Below, one piece after another: positions 29,898 through 38,202 of a DNA stretch of 64,000 nucleotides. Source of the DNA: Gloeobacterales cyanobacterium (GTDB taxonomy: Bacteria; Cyanobacteriota; Cyanobacteriia; Gloeobacterales; PMM-0068); contig JBBRSB010000001.1 in NCBI GenBank assembly GCA_038245785.1, forward strand, positions 361,175 to 425,174, given 5' to 3'. Positions within the stretch are counted from its first letter, which is position 1; each line of letters begins with the position of its first letter. A program made the position numbers and the translations under genes. Under the pieces are notes generated by a model. The model made no database searches and had not been told where the DNA came from. It saw only the letters and a program-made list of their open reading frames with translations.

Positions 29898-32033
29898 GTG
29901 ATGAGGAGCAAGCTAGAACGTGGAAAAAGTTATCTACTGACCTTATCTTTTCTGGCATTGGTAGCAGGAAGTGCGGCTTTTCCTTTCATGGCGCTCAATT
30001 CTTGGGCTAAGAGTGGCAAGTCTGGTTTAGAAGTTGCAGCGCCTCCTCCTGATTTTGCCAAAGCAGAGCAGATGAGTACCCCTGCTGAACGCATTACTCG
30101 TCTCCAAGCAGTGGGCCAAAGTTTAAAGAGTCCTTTGGACCAGGCGCGCACACGTTTCCTATTAGCCCATTCCTATCTAGAGCAAAAGAATTCGACGGCG
30201 GCCCAAGATGCGCTGGAAGGGCTCAAACATCCTGTCCTAGAGGGATGGATTCTGGCTAAACAAGCCGAAATCTTGGGCCAACAGGGGAACAAAGCCCAAG
30301 CATTGGCTAAGTGGCAACAAGTCTTGACTGAAGATGCGGGTGGTTTTCCTGTGCCTGAAGCCCTCTATCAGCGAGGTCTTTTGGGCGATCAAGCCAGTTG
30401 GAATGAGCTCTTAGAAAGCTATCCAAAGCATGCTCGGGCTGCTGATGTCTTGCGGGTGCGGCTGCAGGCAAAACCTGATAACGTCCCCACCCTCAGTCAG
30501 TTTGTGCGCAACTTTCCTAATGAGCCGGATAGTCTGAGTTTCGCCCGTCAGCGAGAGAAATTAGGGACGCTGGCTCCGCAAGATGGACAGGGGATTGGGA
30601 TGATCTATCTCCGTCAAAAGCTTTACCGAGAGGCGGCGCAAGCTCTTTCTATAGCTCCTGCGACTCCAGAGAACCTGCTCGCTCTGGGCACATCCTTAAA
30701 AGCAGTGCGCGACCCCGCTGCCGTCAGTGCTTTTGACCGTGTCATGGCACTCGCTCCTCGGAGTGAAGAAGCCGTTGATGCCCTTTTTGAGAAAGCGGAA
30801 GTGCTCCGGGGTGATGCAGGCAGGCAAGTCTACCAACAAATTGCTCAGCAATATCCTGAACATGCGGCTGAAGCGATGGTTGCTCTGGCCAAGACGGGCA
30901 ACAAAGCCGAAAGGTTACAGGGCTACCAACGAGTTCTGGATTCCTACAGTAACGGTGCAGAAGCGGCAGAAGCCGCTTGGGAGCTAGCTTGGGATAAAGC
31001 TAAGCAAGGCGATACGAAAGGTGCCTATGAGACAGCACGCAAAACCATTGACACCATTCCAGACCAGTACCGCTATTCACCAATGGCTATGTTTTGGGCG
31101 GGCCGTTGGGCAGAACAACTAGGCGACACAGGAGCGGCCAGAAATGCTTGGAAGGAAGTTCTCAAGCGTCATCCCAATACCTACTATGCCTGGCGTGCTG
31201 CCGTGCACCTAGGGATGGATGTGGGCAGTTTCTATAACCGTCAGTTGCCCTATGTCCACACGATTGACCAGACTAGGCCGCCTACCGTTTTGGCTGGTTC
31301 TGGAGTCGTCAAAGAACTCTATGGTTTGGGACTGGAGCCAGAAGCCTCCATGCAGTGGAAGTCAGAGATGTACCTCGTGGCTTCTGAGAAGATGACCCCG
31401 GCCCAACAGGCCACGGATGCAGTCTTTACAGGCCAGGCCGGGCAGCATCTTGCCGCCATCAAACAGCTCAATCTGATCAATCGCAACCTCAAGGATTCCC
31501 AAGTCTTAGAGCTGCGCAAAGACCCTGCCTTTTGGCAAGCCGTCTATCCCCTCTATTACTGGAAATCTGTAGACCAGTGGAGTGCAGCCAATGGCGTCAA
31601 TCCGCTGATGGTTCAAGGATTGATTCGTCAGGAATCTGGTTTTGATTCATCCATCCGTTCCCGGACGGGAGCACAGGGATTGATGCAGATTATGCCCGGC
31701 ACAGGACAAGGGATTGCCCGTAGTCTAGGGGTTGCTGGTGGAAGCCTGACTGATCCTGAGACCAATATTCGCTTCGGGACCTGGTATTTAGCGTCTACCC
31801 ATCGCCGCTGGCAAGATAATTCCCTCCTGGCCGTGGCTAGCTACAATGCCGGACCAGGCAATGTGGCAAAATGGACGGGCTCTTCCACTTTGTCAGACCC
31901 GGAAACGTTTATCGAGAATATTCCCTTTCAGGAAACTCGGGGCTATGTTAAATCGGTGTTTGGCAACTACTGGAACTACCTCAGGCTCTACAGCCCAGAA
32001 ATTGCCTCGCGGGTCCGTTCTTTAGAGAAGTAG
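29898..32033 (+). CDS. Soluble lytic murein transglycosylase with TPR repeats
   Basis: TPR-like helices then SLT domain: IRQESGF, GLMQIMP, ASYNAGPG, IPFQETRGYV. Confidence 0.92.
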   Translation: MMRSKLERGKSYLLTLSFLALVAGSAAFPFMALNSWAKSGKSGLEVAAPPPDFAKAEQMSTPAERITRLQAVGQSLKSPLDQARTRFLLAHSYLEQKNSTAAQDALEGLKHPVLEGWILAKQAEILGQQGNKAQALAKWQQVLTEDAGGFPVPEALYQRGLLGDQASWNELLESYPKHARAADVLRVRLQAKPDNVPTLSQFVRNFPNEPDSLSFARQREKLGTLAPQDGQGIGMIYLRQKLYREAAQALSIAPATPENLLALGTSLKAVRDPAAVSAFDRVMALAPRSEEAVDALFEKAEVLRGDAGRQVYQQIAQQYPEHAAEAMVALAKTGNKAERLQGYQRVLDSYSNGAEAAEAAWELAWDKAKQGDTKGAYETARKTIDTIPDQYRYSPMAMFWAGRWAEQLGDTGAARNAWKEVLKRHPNTYYAWRAAVHLGMDVGSFYNRQLPYVHTIDQTRPPTVLAGSGVVKELYGLGLEPEASMQWKSEMYLVASEKMTPAQQATDAVFTGQAGQHLAAIKQLNLINRNLKDSQVLELRKDPAFWQAVYPLYYWKSVDQWSAANGVNPLMVQGLIRQESGFDSSIRSRTGAQGLMQIMPGTGQGIARSLGVAGGSLTDPETNIRFGTWYLASTHRRWQDNSLLAVASYNAGPGNVAKWTGSSTLSDPETFIENIPFQETRGYVKSVFGNYWNYLRLYSPEIASRVRSLEK

Positions 32034-32040
32034 GTCCCTT

Positions 32041-32712
32041 GTGCGCATCGATGTTTTGACGTTGTTTCCAGAATTCTTCGCGAGCCCTATGGCTGCAAGT
32101 CTTCTGGGAAAGGCCCTGAAAAGTGAACGGGTTGCGGTGCACTGCACCAATTTTCGAGACTATACTACCGACAAGCATCGCACCGTAGATGACGTGCCCT
32201 ATGGCGGTGGCGTGGGCATGGTCCTCAAGCCGGAGCCCTTATTCGCTGCGGTTGAAGCTCTGCCAAGCTTGCCTCCCCGTGAAATCATTCTGCTGACGCC
32301 CCAAGGCGAACCCTTGAAGCAAGAGCATTTTCAAGAATTTAGCCAACTCCAACAGTTGGTCTTGATCTGTGGGCATTATGAGGGCGTGGATGAGCGCGTC
32401 CGGGAACATTTGGTCACCCGTGAGATTTCTTTGGGAGACTTTGTATTGACGGGTGGAGAAATCCCAGCATTGGCCCTGATTGATGGGGTGATACGCCTTC
32501 TGCCCGGCACCGTGGGCAAAGCAAAATCCCTTGTGGAAGAAAGCTTTGAAGGCGGCCTTTTAGAATATCCGCACTATACGAGGCCCCCAGAGTTTCGGGG
32601 TTGGCAAGTCCCTGAAGTCTTGCGTTCTGGGAACCACAAAGCTATTGCTCAATGGCGAAAAGAGCAGCGACAGACCCGGACCCAAGCGCGCCGCCCTGAT
32701 TTACTTGCTTGA
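32041..32712 (+). CDS. trmD: tRNA (guanine-37-N1)-methyltransferase
   Basis: DDVPYGGGVGMV, CGHYEGVDER, SLGDFVLTGGE, EYPHYTRP. Confidence 0.97.
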   Translation: MRIDVLTLFPEFFASPMAASLLGKALKSERVAVHCTNFRDYTTDKHRTVDDVPYGGGVGMVLKPEPLFAAVEALPSLPPREIILLTPQGEPLKQEHFQEFSQLQQLVLICGHYEGVDERVREHLVTREISLGDFVLTGGEIPALALIDGVIRLLPGTVGKAKSLVEESFEGGLLEYPHYTRPPEFRGWQVPEVLRSGNHKAIAQWRKEQRQTRTQARRPDLLA

Positions 32713-32915
32713 ACTTGACCCTCCCCACCGTACGCTTCCTGAGTGGCCCCTGAGTTTACCCGTGTCTGGCAGCCGAAGGCGAGAAGGGCTTGTCGAAGGA
32801 AGGCGGATGAGGTATTTCACAGGACTCAGGCAATAAAGGATACTCCGTGCTTTAAACTTCGATAACACAGAGGACAGTTACAACCCCGGTCAAACTGGAA
32901 AGGCTTGGATTTTCT

Positions 32916-33197
32916 TTGGACGAAAAATACGTACAACACCCAAACTTTGGCTTGCTCTACATCCTTTGTACCCTTGATGCTAATTCAGCATTGTTTACGA
33001 CCCTCTATGCACAACGACTATTCTTTCTCGTCTCGGTACAGGAAGGGAGAACGCTGAATTTTGAACCCAAAACTCGCGCTGAAACCCGCAGTCTCTTGGA
33101 AAATCGGCTGAGGGCAATCAGAAGGAGTCCGACGACAGCGGCTCTACAAGAAGAGATGGCGCTTTTAGAAAAATACTATAAGCAACTATTTATCTGA
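32916..33197 (+). CDS. pipX: PII/NtcA-interacting protein PipX
   Basis: YVQHPNFGLLY..C, LFTTLYAQRLFFLV, FEP, ENRLR. Confidence 0.9.
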   Translation: MDEKYVQHPNFGLLYILCTLDANSALFTTLYAQRLFFLVSVQEGRTLNFEPKTRAETRSLLENRLRAIRRSPTTAALQEEMALLEKYYKQLFI

Positions 33198-33207
33198 GGG
33201 GCGGACC

Positions 33208-34317
33208 ATGGCGAAAATTCTAGTTGTTTTGGGAACGCGGCCTGAAGCCGTCAAGCTCGCTCCCCTGATCTTGGCACTCAAGCAATATCCCTGGGAAATA
33301 CAGGTGGTTGTTACAGGCCAGCATCAGGAAATATTGCATCAAACCTTGGGCTGGTTTGGCATTGCTCCAGACCAAGACTTGAAAATCATGAGTGTGAAAC
33401 AAACGCTCAGCGATATCTTGAGCCGGGCACTAACGGGGCTAGAAAAAGTATTCCAGCAGGAAAAACCAGACCTGGTATTGGTCCAAGGAGATACTTCCAC
33501 TACGTTTGCTGGGGCTCTAGCCGCTTTCTATCAAAAGATTCCGGTGGGACATGTAGAGGCAGGGTTGCGCACGGGTAAAGCTGATGACCCTTTCCCAGAG
33601 GAAATGAACCGCCGATTGACTTCACAGCTAGCCCATTGGCATTTTGCACCGACCCAGCTGGCCATGGAAAATCTTTATCGAGATGGGATTCACCAGAATG
33701 TCTATCAGACAGGCAATACCGTTATTGATGCGCTCCTCTCCATGGGTGCGCAGCATCCAGACCCAGGCGTGCCTGCCGATTGGGAGCACAAACGGGTCCT
33801 CTTAGCGACCGTTCATCGTCGAGAGAACTGGGGAGCGCCGATTGAGCAGATTGCTCAAGCTTTTTTACATATCCTGAATCAGTTCCCCGATACCCAGTTG
33901 GTTTTGCCGCTCCATCCCAATCCCACGGTCCGCGAACCTTTGCAGGCCGCTCTCAAGGACCATCCCCGAGCTTTGCTCTGTGCCCCTTTGGACTATCCCC
34001 AACTGGTCGGAGCGATGCAGCGCTGTTATTTAGTGCTTACGGATTCAGGAGGCATTCAGGAGGAAGCTCCAGCCTTGGGCAAACCGGTCTTAGTCTTGCG
34101 GGAAACCACCGAACGTCCAGAAGCGATTAATGCAGGGGTGGCCTGTCTAGTTGGTACCGATACGGAGGCTATTGTCGCGGCTGCCACGCATCTATTGAAT
34201 GATTTGCCTGCGTACAAAACGATGGCTTGCGCTATTAATCCCTTTGGAGATGGAACCGCCAGCACCCAGATTTGCAAAATCCTGGAAGAGTTTATAGAAA
34301 GTTCCGGTTTGCACTGA
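33208..34317 (+). CDS. wecB: UDP-N-acetylglucosamine 2-epimerase (non-hydrolysing)
   Basis: GTRPEAVK, TGQH, QGDT, HVEAGLR, PFPEEMNR, TDSGGIQEE, NPFGDG. Confidence 0.96.
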   Translation: MAKILVVLGTRPEAVKLAPLILALKQYPWEIQVVVTGQHQEILHQTLGWFGIAPDQDLKIMSVKQTLSDILSRALTGLEKVFQQEKPDLVLVQGDTSTTFAGALAAFYQKIPVGHVEAGLRTGKADDPFPEEMNRRLTSQLAHWHFAPTQLAMENLYRDGIHQNVYQTGNTVIDALLSMGAQHPDPGVPADWEHKRVLLATVHRRENWGAPIEQIAQAFLHILNQFPDTQLVLPLHPNPTVREPLQAALKDHPRALLCAPLDYPQLVGAMQRCYLVLTDSGGIQEEAPALGKPVLVLRETTERPEAINAGVACLVGTDTEAIVAAATHLLNDLPAYKTMACAINPFGDGTASTQICKILEEFIESSGLH

Positions 34318-34544
34318 GCGCTGCTTTCCCCTCTGGGCGGCAGATACAGGTTTCGAGCCTGATAGTTTTGTGATCCCGGTTCGAGACAGTCGAGATTATT
34401 TATAGTTTGATCGAGGACCTTTTTCGGTTTCAGACAGGAGCAATTTTAGGGTTTGAGATAAGAGCAACTGCTCTTTGAAGGTCTACCATATGTTTAGTGT
34501 TCAAAAAATATCTTGACCTTATTGACCCCTACATGTAGTCTTTT

Positions 34545-35315
34545 GTGATAGAATCCACGCAAAATATGGGGATCTTGCAACGGGTCCAGGCTCTTCGCAA
34601 TGAATTACCAAACATCGTTTGTTTCATTGCAGTGACTAAAACTGCCTCGGTAGATCAGATTCGCTCCGCCTACAACGCAGGCGTGCGTGATTTTGCAGAA
34701 AGCCGAGTGCAGGACGCCCAAAACAAGATGCTCTTACTTCAGGACTGTCAGGATGTGAGGTGGCATTTGATCGGTAGTTTGCAGGCTAATAAGGTCCGTT
34801 CGGCCCTCAAGTTGTTTTCATGGATTCATTCTGTGGATCAGCTTGATTTAGCATTGCGGATCGATCGTATTGCCGAAGAACTAGGTGTCTGCCCGAACAT
34901 TCTGCTTCAGGTCAAATTGTTGCCAGACCCTGGTAAAAAAGGGTTCTCTCTGGAAGGTTTGCTCGAAGCGCTCCCTCAATTGGATGCGTTAGAGCATGTG
35001 CGGATCAGGGGACTGATGACTATCGCCCCCTATGGGATTAGTCCTCCCGAACAATATTCGCTTTTTTCCCGAGTGAAAGCTTTAGCGGAAGATCTCAAAA
35101 ATCAGGTTTGGCAGCGCTTGTCGATGGATGAGCTCTCGATGGGGATGTCTGGGGATTATCCCCAGGCGGTTGCTGCGGGAGCAACGATGGTTCGCATCGG
35201 TCGGCATATTTTCGCTCCCGAACATGGGAGCACAGCTCCCGAATCTGGGAGCACAAGGTTAGAAGCAAGTGGTCAAGTTCAAATTTCTTCGTCAATACAG
35301 GAGTCCACGTCATGA
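34545..35315 (+). CDS. pipY: PLP-binding protein YggS/PipY
   Basis: [37 protein letters not shown]. Start may be ATG 34566. Confidence 0.93.
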   Translation: MIESTQNMGILQRVQALRNELPNIVCFIAVTKTASVDQIRSAYNAGVRDFAESRVQDAQNKMLLLQDCQDVRWHLIGSLQANKVRSALKLFSWIHSVDQLDLALRIDRIAEELGVCPNILLQVKLLPDPGKKGFSLEGLLEALPQLDALEHVRIRGLMTIAPYGISPPEQYSLFSRVKALAEDLKNQVWQRLSMDELSMGMSGDYPQAVAAGATMVRIGRHIFAPEHGSTAPESGSTRLEASGQVQISSSIQESTS

Positions 35316-35986
35316 GTGGTATTTGGAATCGTGTCAAAAATTTTGTTGGGTTGAACGACCCTCTCGATAATTATGACGAGAGGGATTACGGTTCTTTGTA
35401 TGCCCAAGAGAGCACCCAGTATGACCCGGATGCTATGGCACCTCCTCCGGCTGGGACGGTGGATGCGCGTCCTTCTCTATCGTCTGCACTGCAAGACTTC
35501 TCCAGTGGTTCTCCCACAGCCCAAGGTGCTCCTGCCTATGCAGACCAAAATGTCGATGTTTATCCCCGCCGTGCGGTTCGAAATAACTTTAGTGGAGCAA
35601 GTACTGTGACAGGCAACGTAATCGGAATGCCCAATATTTCCTCTTCAGAGGTTTTGGTTCTTGAGCCCAAAGGATTTGAAGAAGCCCCTCTGGTCGTTCA
35701 ACATCTGCGGGACCGTAAAACTGTAGTCCTGAATCTGACATTGATGGAGCCGGATCAAGCTCAGCGCACGGTAGACTTCATCGCTGGGGCAACCTATGCC
35801 GTGGATGGTCATCAAGAGCGGGTCGGCGATGGCATCTTCCTCTTTGCTCCTAGTACGGTGACGATTAGCGCAGGTGGAACCGTTAAAGCTGCTCCTGCTC
35901 CTAGTGCTGCTGTCACGAATACAGGCAGCTTGCTGGGTGGTGATTGGCGTGCTTCTGAACCCCCTCGTCGCAGCATGCAGTTCTAA
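35312..35986 (+). CDS. sepF: Cell division protein SepF
   Basis: C-terminal LEPKGFEE...VVLNL...[16 protein letters not shown]...FLFAP. Confidence 0.93.
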   Translation: MSGIWNRVKNFVGLNDPLDNYDERDYGSLYAQESTQYDPDAMAPPPAGTVDARPSLSSALQDFSSGSPTAQGAPAYADQNVDVYPRRAVRNNFSGASTVTGNVIGMPNISSSEVLVLEPKGFEEAPLVVQHLRDRKTVVLNLTLMEPDQAQRTVDFIAGATYAVDGHQERVGDGIFLFAPSTVTISAGGTVKAAPAPSAAVTNTGSLLGGDWRASEPPRRSMQF

Positions 35987-36017
35987 GACGCCGTAGCCAA
36001 TTGGCAGAGGAAAACTT

Positions 36018-36812
36018 ATGACCGCTTTAGGGATTGTGGGTGGAGGTCAAATGGCCGAAGCCCTCATTTCTGGTCTTTTAGCTAAGAAAGCGTACTCGAC
36101 TTCTGAAATCTTAGTGAGTGACCCTAGTGCAGGGCGTAGAGACTATCTCAAAGATAAGTTTGGGATAGTGGTTACGGGAAGTAACCAAGAAGTTAGCGAA
36201 AGTACGGTTTTACTCTTCGCCGTTAAGCCCCAAGTTTTTCCTCAAATCATCCAAGACATAGGCGCGGTGGCCCGTGATCGACTCCTGCTATCGATTTTGG
36301 CGGGTGTTTCATTGCAGCAATTAGAAACCGCTTTTCCAAATAGCTCAGTCGTGCGCGTGATGCCGAATACTCCTGCTTTGATTGGTCAGGGAATCAGTGC
36401 CTTGAGCTATGGCAAGCACGTAACCGCTGAGCAGCAACAGACGGCGCAACGAATTTTTAAGGCGGTAGGCACGGTTGTAGAAGTGCCTGAATCTTTAATG
36501 GATGCAGTGACCGGGCTTTCGGGGTCGGGGCCTGGCTATGTGGCCCTTTTAGTAGAAGCTTTGATGGACGGAGGCGTTTTGGTTGGTTTGCCTCGTCCTT
36601 TGGCACGCAGCTTAGTGCTGGAGACGATTAAAGGGAGTATCGCCCTTTTGCAAGAACAAAACCTTCATCCTGGAGAACTCAAAGACCGCGTTACCAGTCC
36701 GGGCGGGACTACGATTGCAGGGATTGCAGCCTTAGAAAAAGCCGGAGTACGTAGTGCTTTGATTCAAGCTGTGGAAGCAGCCACCCAACGTTCTAAAGCC
36801 TTGGGTTCGTAG
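36018..36812 (+). CDS. proC: Pyrroline-5-carboxylate reductase
   Basis: GGGQMAEA, AVKPQ, RVMPNTP, TGLSGSGP, VTSPGGTT. Confidence 0.97.
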   Translation: MTALGIVGGGQMAEALISGLLAKKAYSTSEILVSDPSAGRRDYLKDKFGIVVTGSNQEVSESTVLLFAVKPQVFPQIIQDIGAVARDRLLLSILAGVSLQQLETAFPNSSVVRVMPNTPALIGQGISALSYGKHVTAEQQQTAQRIFKAVGTVVEVPESLMDAVTGLSGSGPGYVALLVEALMDGGVLVGLPRPLARSLVLETIKGSIALLQEQNLHPGELKDRVTSPGGTTIAGIAALEKAGVRSALIQAVEAATQRSKALGS

Positions 36813-36949
36813 AGCGGTTACTCATTGCTAAACGACCAAGACTGAACCTATGATTTGACCTATCTGTCCAACAGCATATATTAACGAAAAGGTGCTAGTT
36901 TTGATAATATAGGGTCAAAGGATATTCAGTATTAACGGAACCGATAACA

Positions 36950-38098
36950 ATGGTTAATGCTCCTAGAGCAGGCCAATACATACAACAGATAGAGGGCTAC
37001 AAAGCCTTTATACCTAATCCGCTGCCACCTGTACCTGAAATTATTATGGATCAGGAGATGTGGAATCTGCTATCTCAAGCAGATCGTGCGTTGGGTCGTC
37101 TAGACGGAGCAACCGATGCTCTACCAAATCCAGATCTATTTGTGTTTATGTATGTTCGGAAAGAAGCAGTTCTATCAAGTCAGATTGAGGGTACACAAGC
37201 ATCTTTGATAGATGTTCTAGAATTTGAATCTCAGGCTTTGCAACCAGATAATCCTCAGGATGTGGCTGAGGTTGTGAACTATGTCGCCGCGATTAATTAC
37301 GGTCTTGAACGCCTCAAAAACTTACCTGTATCTTTGCGATTAATTAGAGAAATTCATCAAAAGTTAATGGAAGGAGTGAGAGGTTCTGAACGCAATCCAG
37401 GGGAGTTTCGCCGTAGCCAGAATTGGATTGGTGCAGGAGGGTGTTCCTTAGCGGAGGCTACTTATGTTCCTCCCCCGCCACATGAAATGCTCCAATCTCT
37501 AGATAATTTGGAGAAATTTTTGCATAGTCTACAACCTATACCTACCTTAATTAAAGTTGGGTTAGCTCATGCTCAGTTTGAAACCATTCATCCTTTTCTC
37601 GATGGCAATGGAAGAACAGGTCGATTACTAATTACGTTTCTGTTGTGTGAGCAAAATATCCTACAGCGTCCTCTACTCTACATCTCTTACTATTTCAAGA
37701 AATATCGTACTGAATACTATGATCGCCTTCAGGCTGTGCGAGACAGCGGCAACTGGGAAGGTTGGCTGAAATTCTTTCTGCGCGGCGTTTACGAAGTTGC
37801 TCAAGAAGCTGCTGCTACTGCCCGTAAAATAGTCAACTTGAAAGAGGAACATCGTCAATTGGTACTTAATAATATGGGGCGTAGATCAGGTAATGCAGTC
37901 GCGTTGCTTGAGAGCCTTTATTTCAGGCCAATTGTTACGGTAGAACATGCTGAAGCAATTACAAATCTGTCGTATCCCAATGCAAACACCTTAATTAAGG
38001 ATCTTTGCGACATAGGTCTTCTGCAAGAAATTACCGGACAAAAACGCAATCGCGCATTCTCTTATGCTCCATACCTAGCTGTTTTCCGGGATACTTAG
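36950..38098 (+). CDS. Fic family protein (Fic_N + Fic + HTH)
   Basis: EAVLSSQIEG inhibitory motif; HAQFETIHPFLDGNGRTGR catalytic motif. Confidence 0.95.
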   Translation: MVNAPRAGQYIQQIEGYKAFIPNPLPPVPEIIMDQEMWNLLSQADRALGRLDGATDALPNPDLFVFMYVRKEAVLSSQIEGTQASLIDVLEFESQALQPDNPQDVAEVVNYVAAINYGLERLKNLPVSLRLIREIHQKLMEGVRGSERNPGEFRRSQNWIGAGGCSLAEATYVPPPPHEMLQSLDNLEKFLHSLQPIPTLIKVGLAHAQFETIHPFLDGNGRTGRLLITFLLCEQNILQRPLLYISYYFKKYRTEYYDRLQAVRDSGNWEGWLKFFLRGVYEVAQEAAATARKIVNLKEEHRQLVLNNMGRRSGNAVALLESLYFRPIVTVEHAEAITNLSYPNANTLIKDLCDIGLLQEITGQKRNRAFSYAPYLAVFRDT

Positions 38099-38202
38099 CA
38101 ACAATTCAACCTGACAATGTGACCTGTCTAAACAGCGATACTTAGGGCTTCCGGATTGCCAAGTTTTTCACACATAACATTTTCTTCATTGACCTGCAGC
38201 AT

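Noticed and set aside
32770..32845. Glycine riboswitch (GCCGAAGGCG...CTCAGGC) or group II intron domain V
   Set aside because: The upstream GGAGA element of the glycine aptamer is missing and the downstream gene does not fit; no AGC/CGC-triad domain V hairpin.
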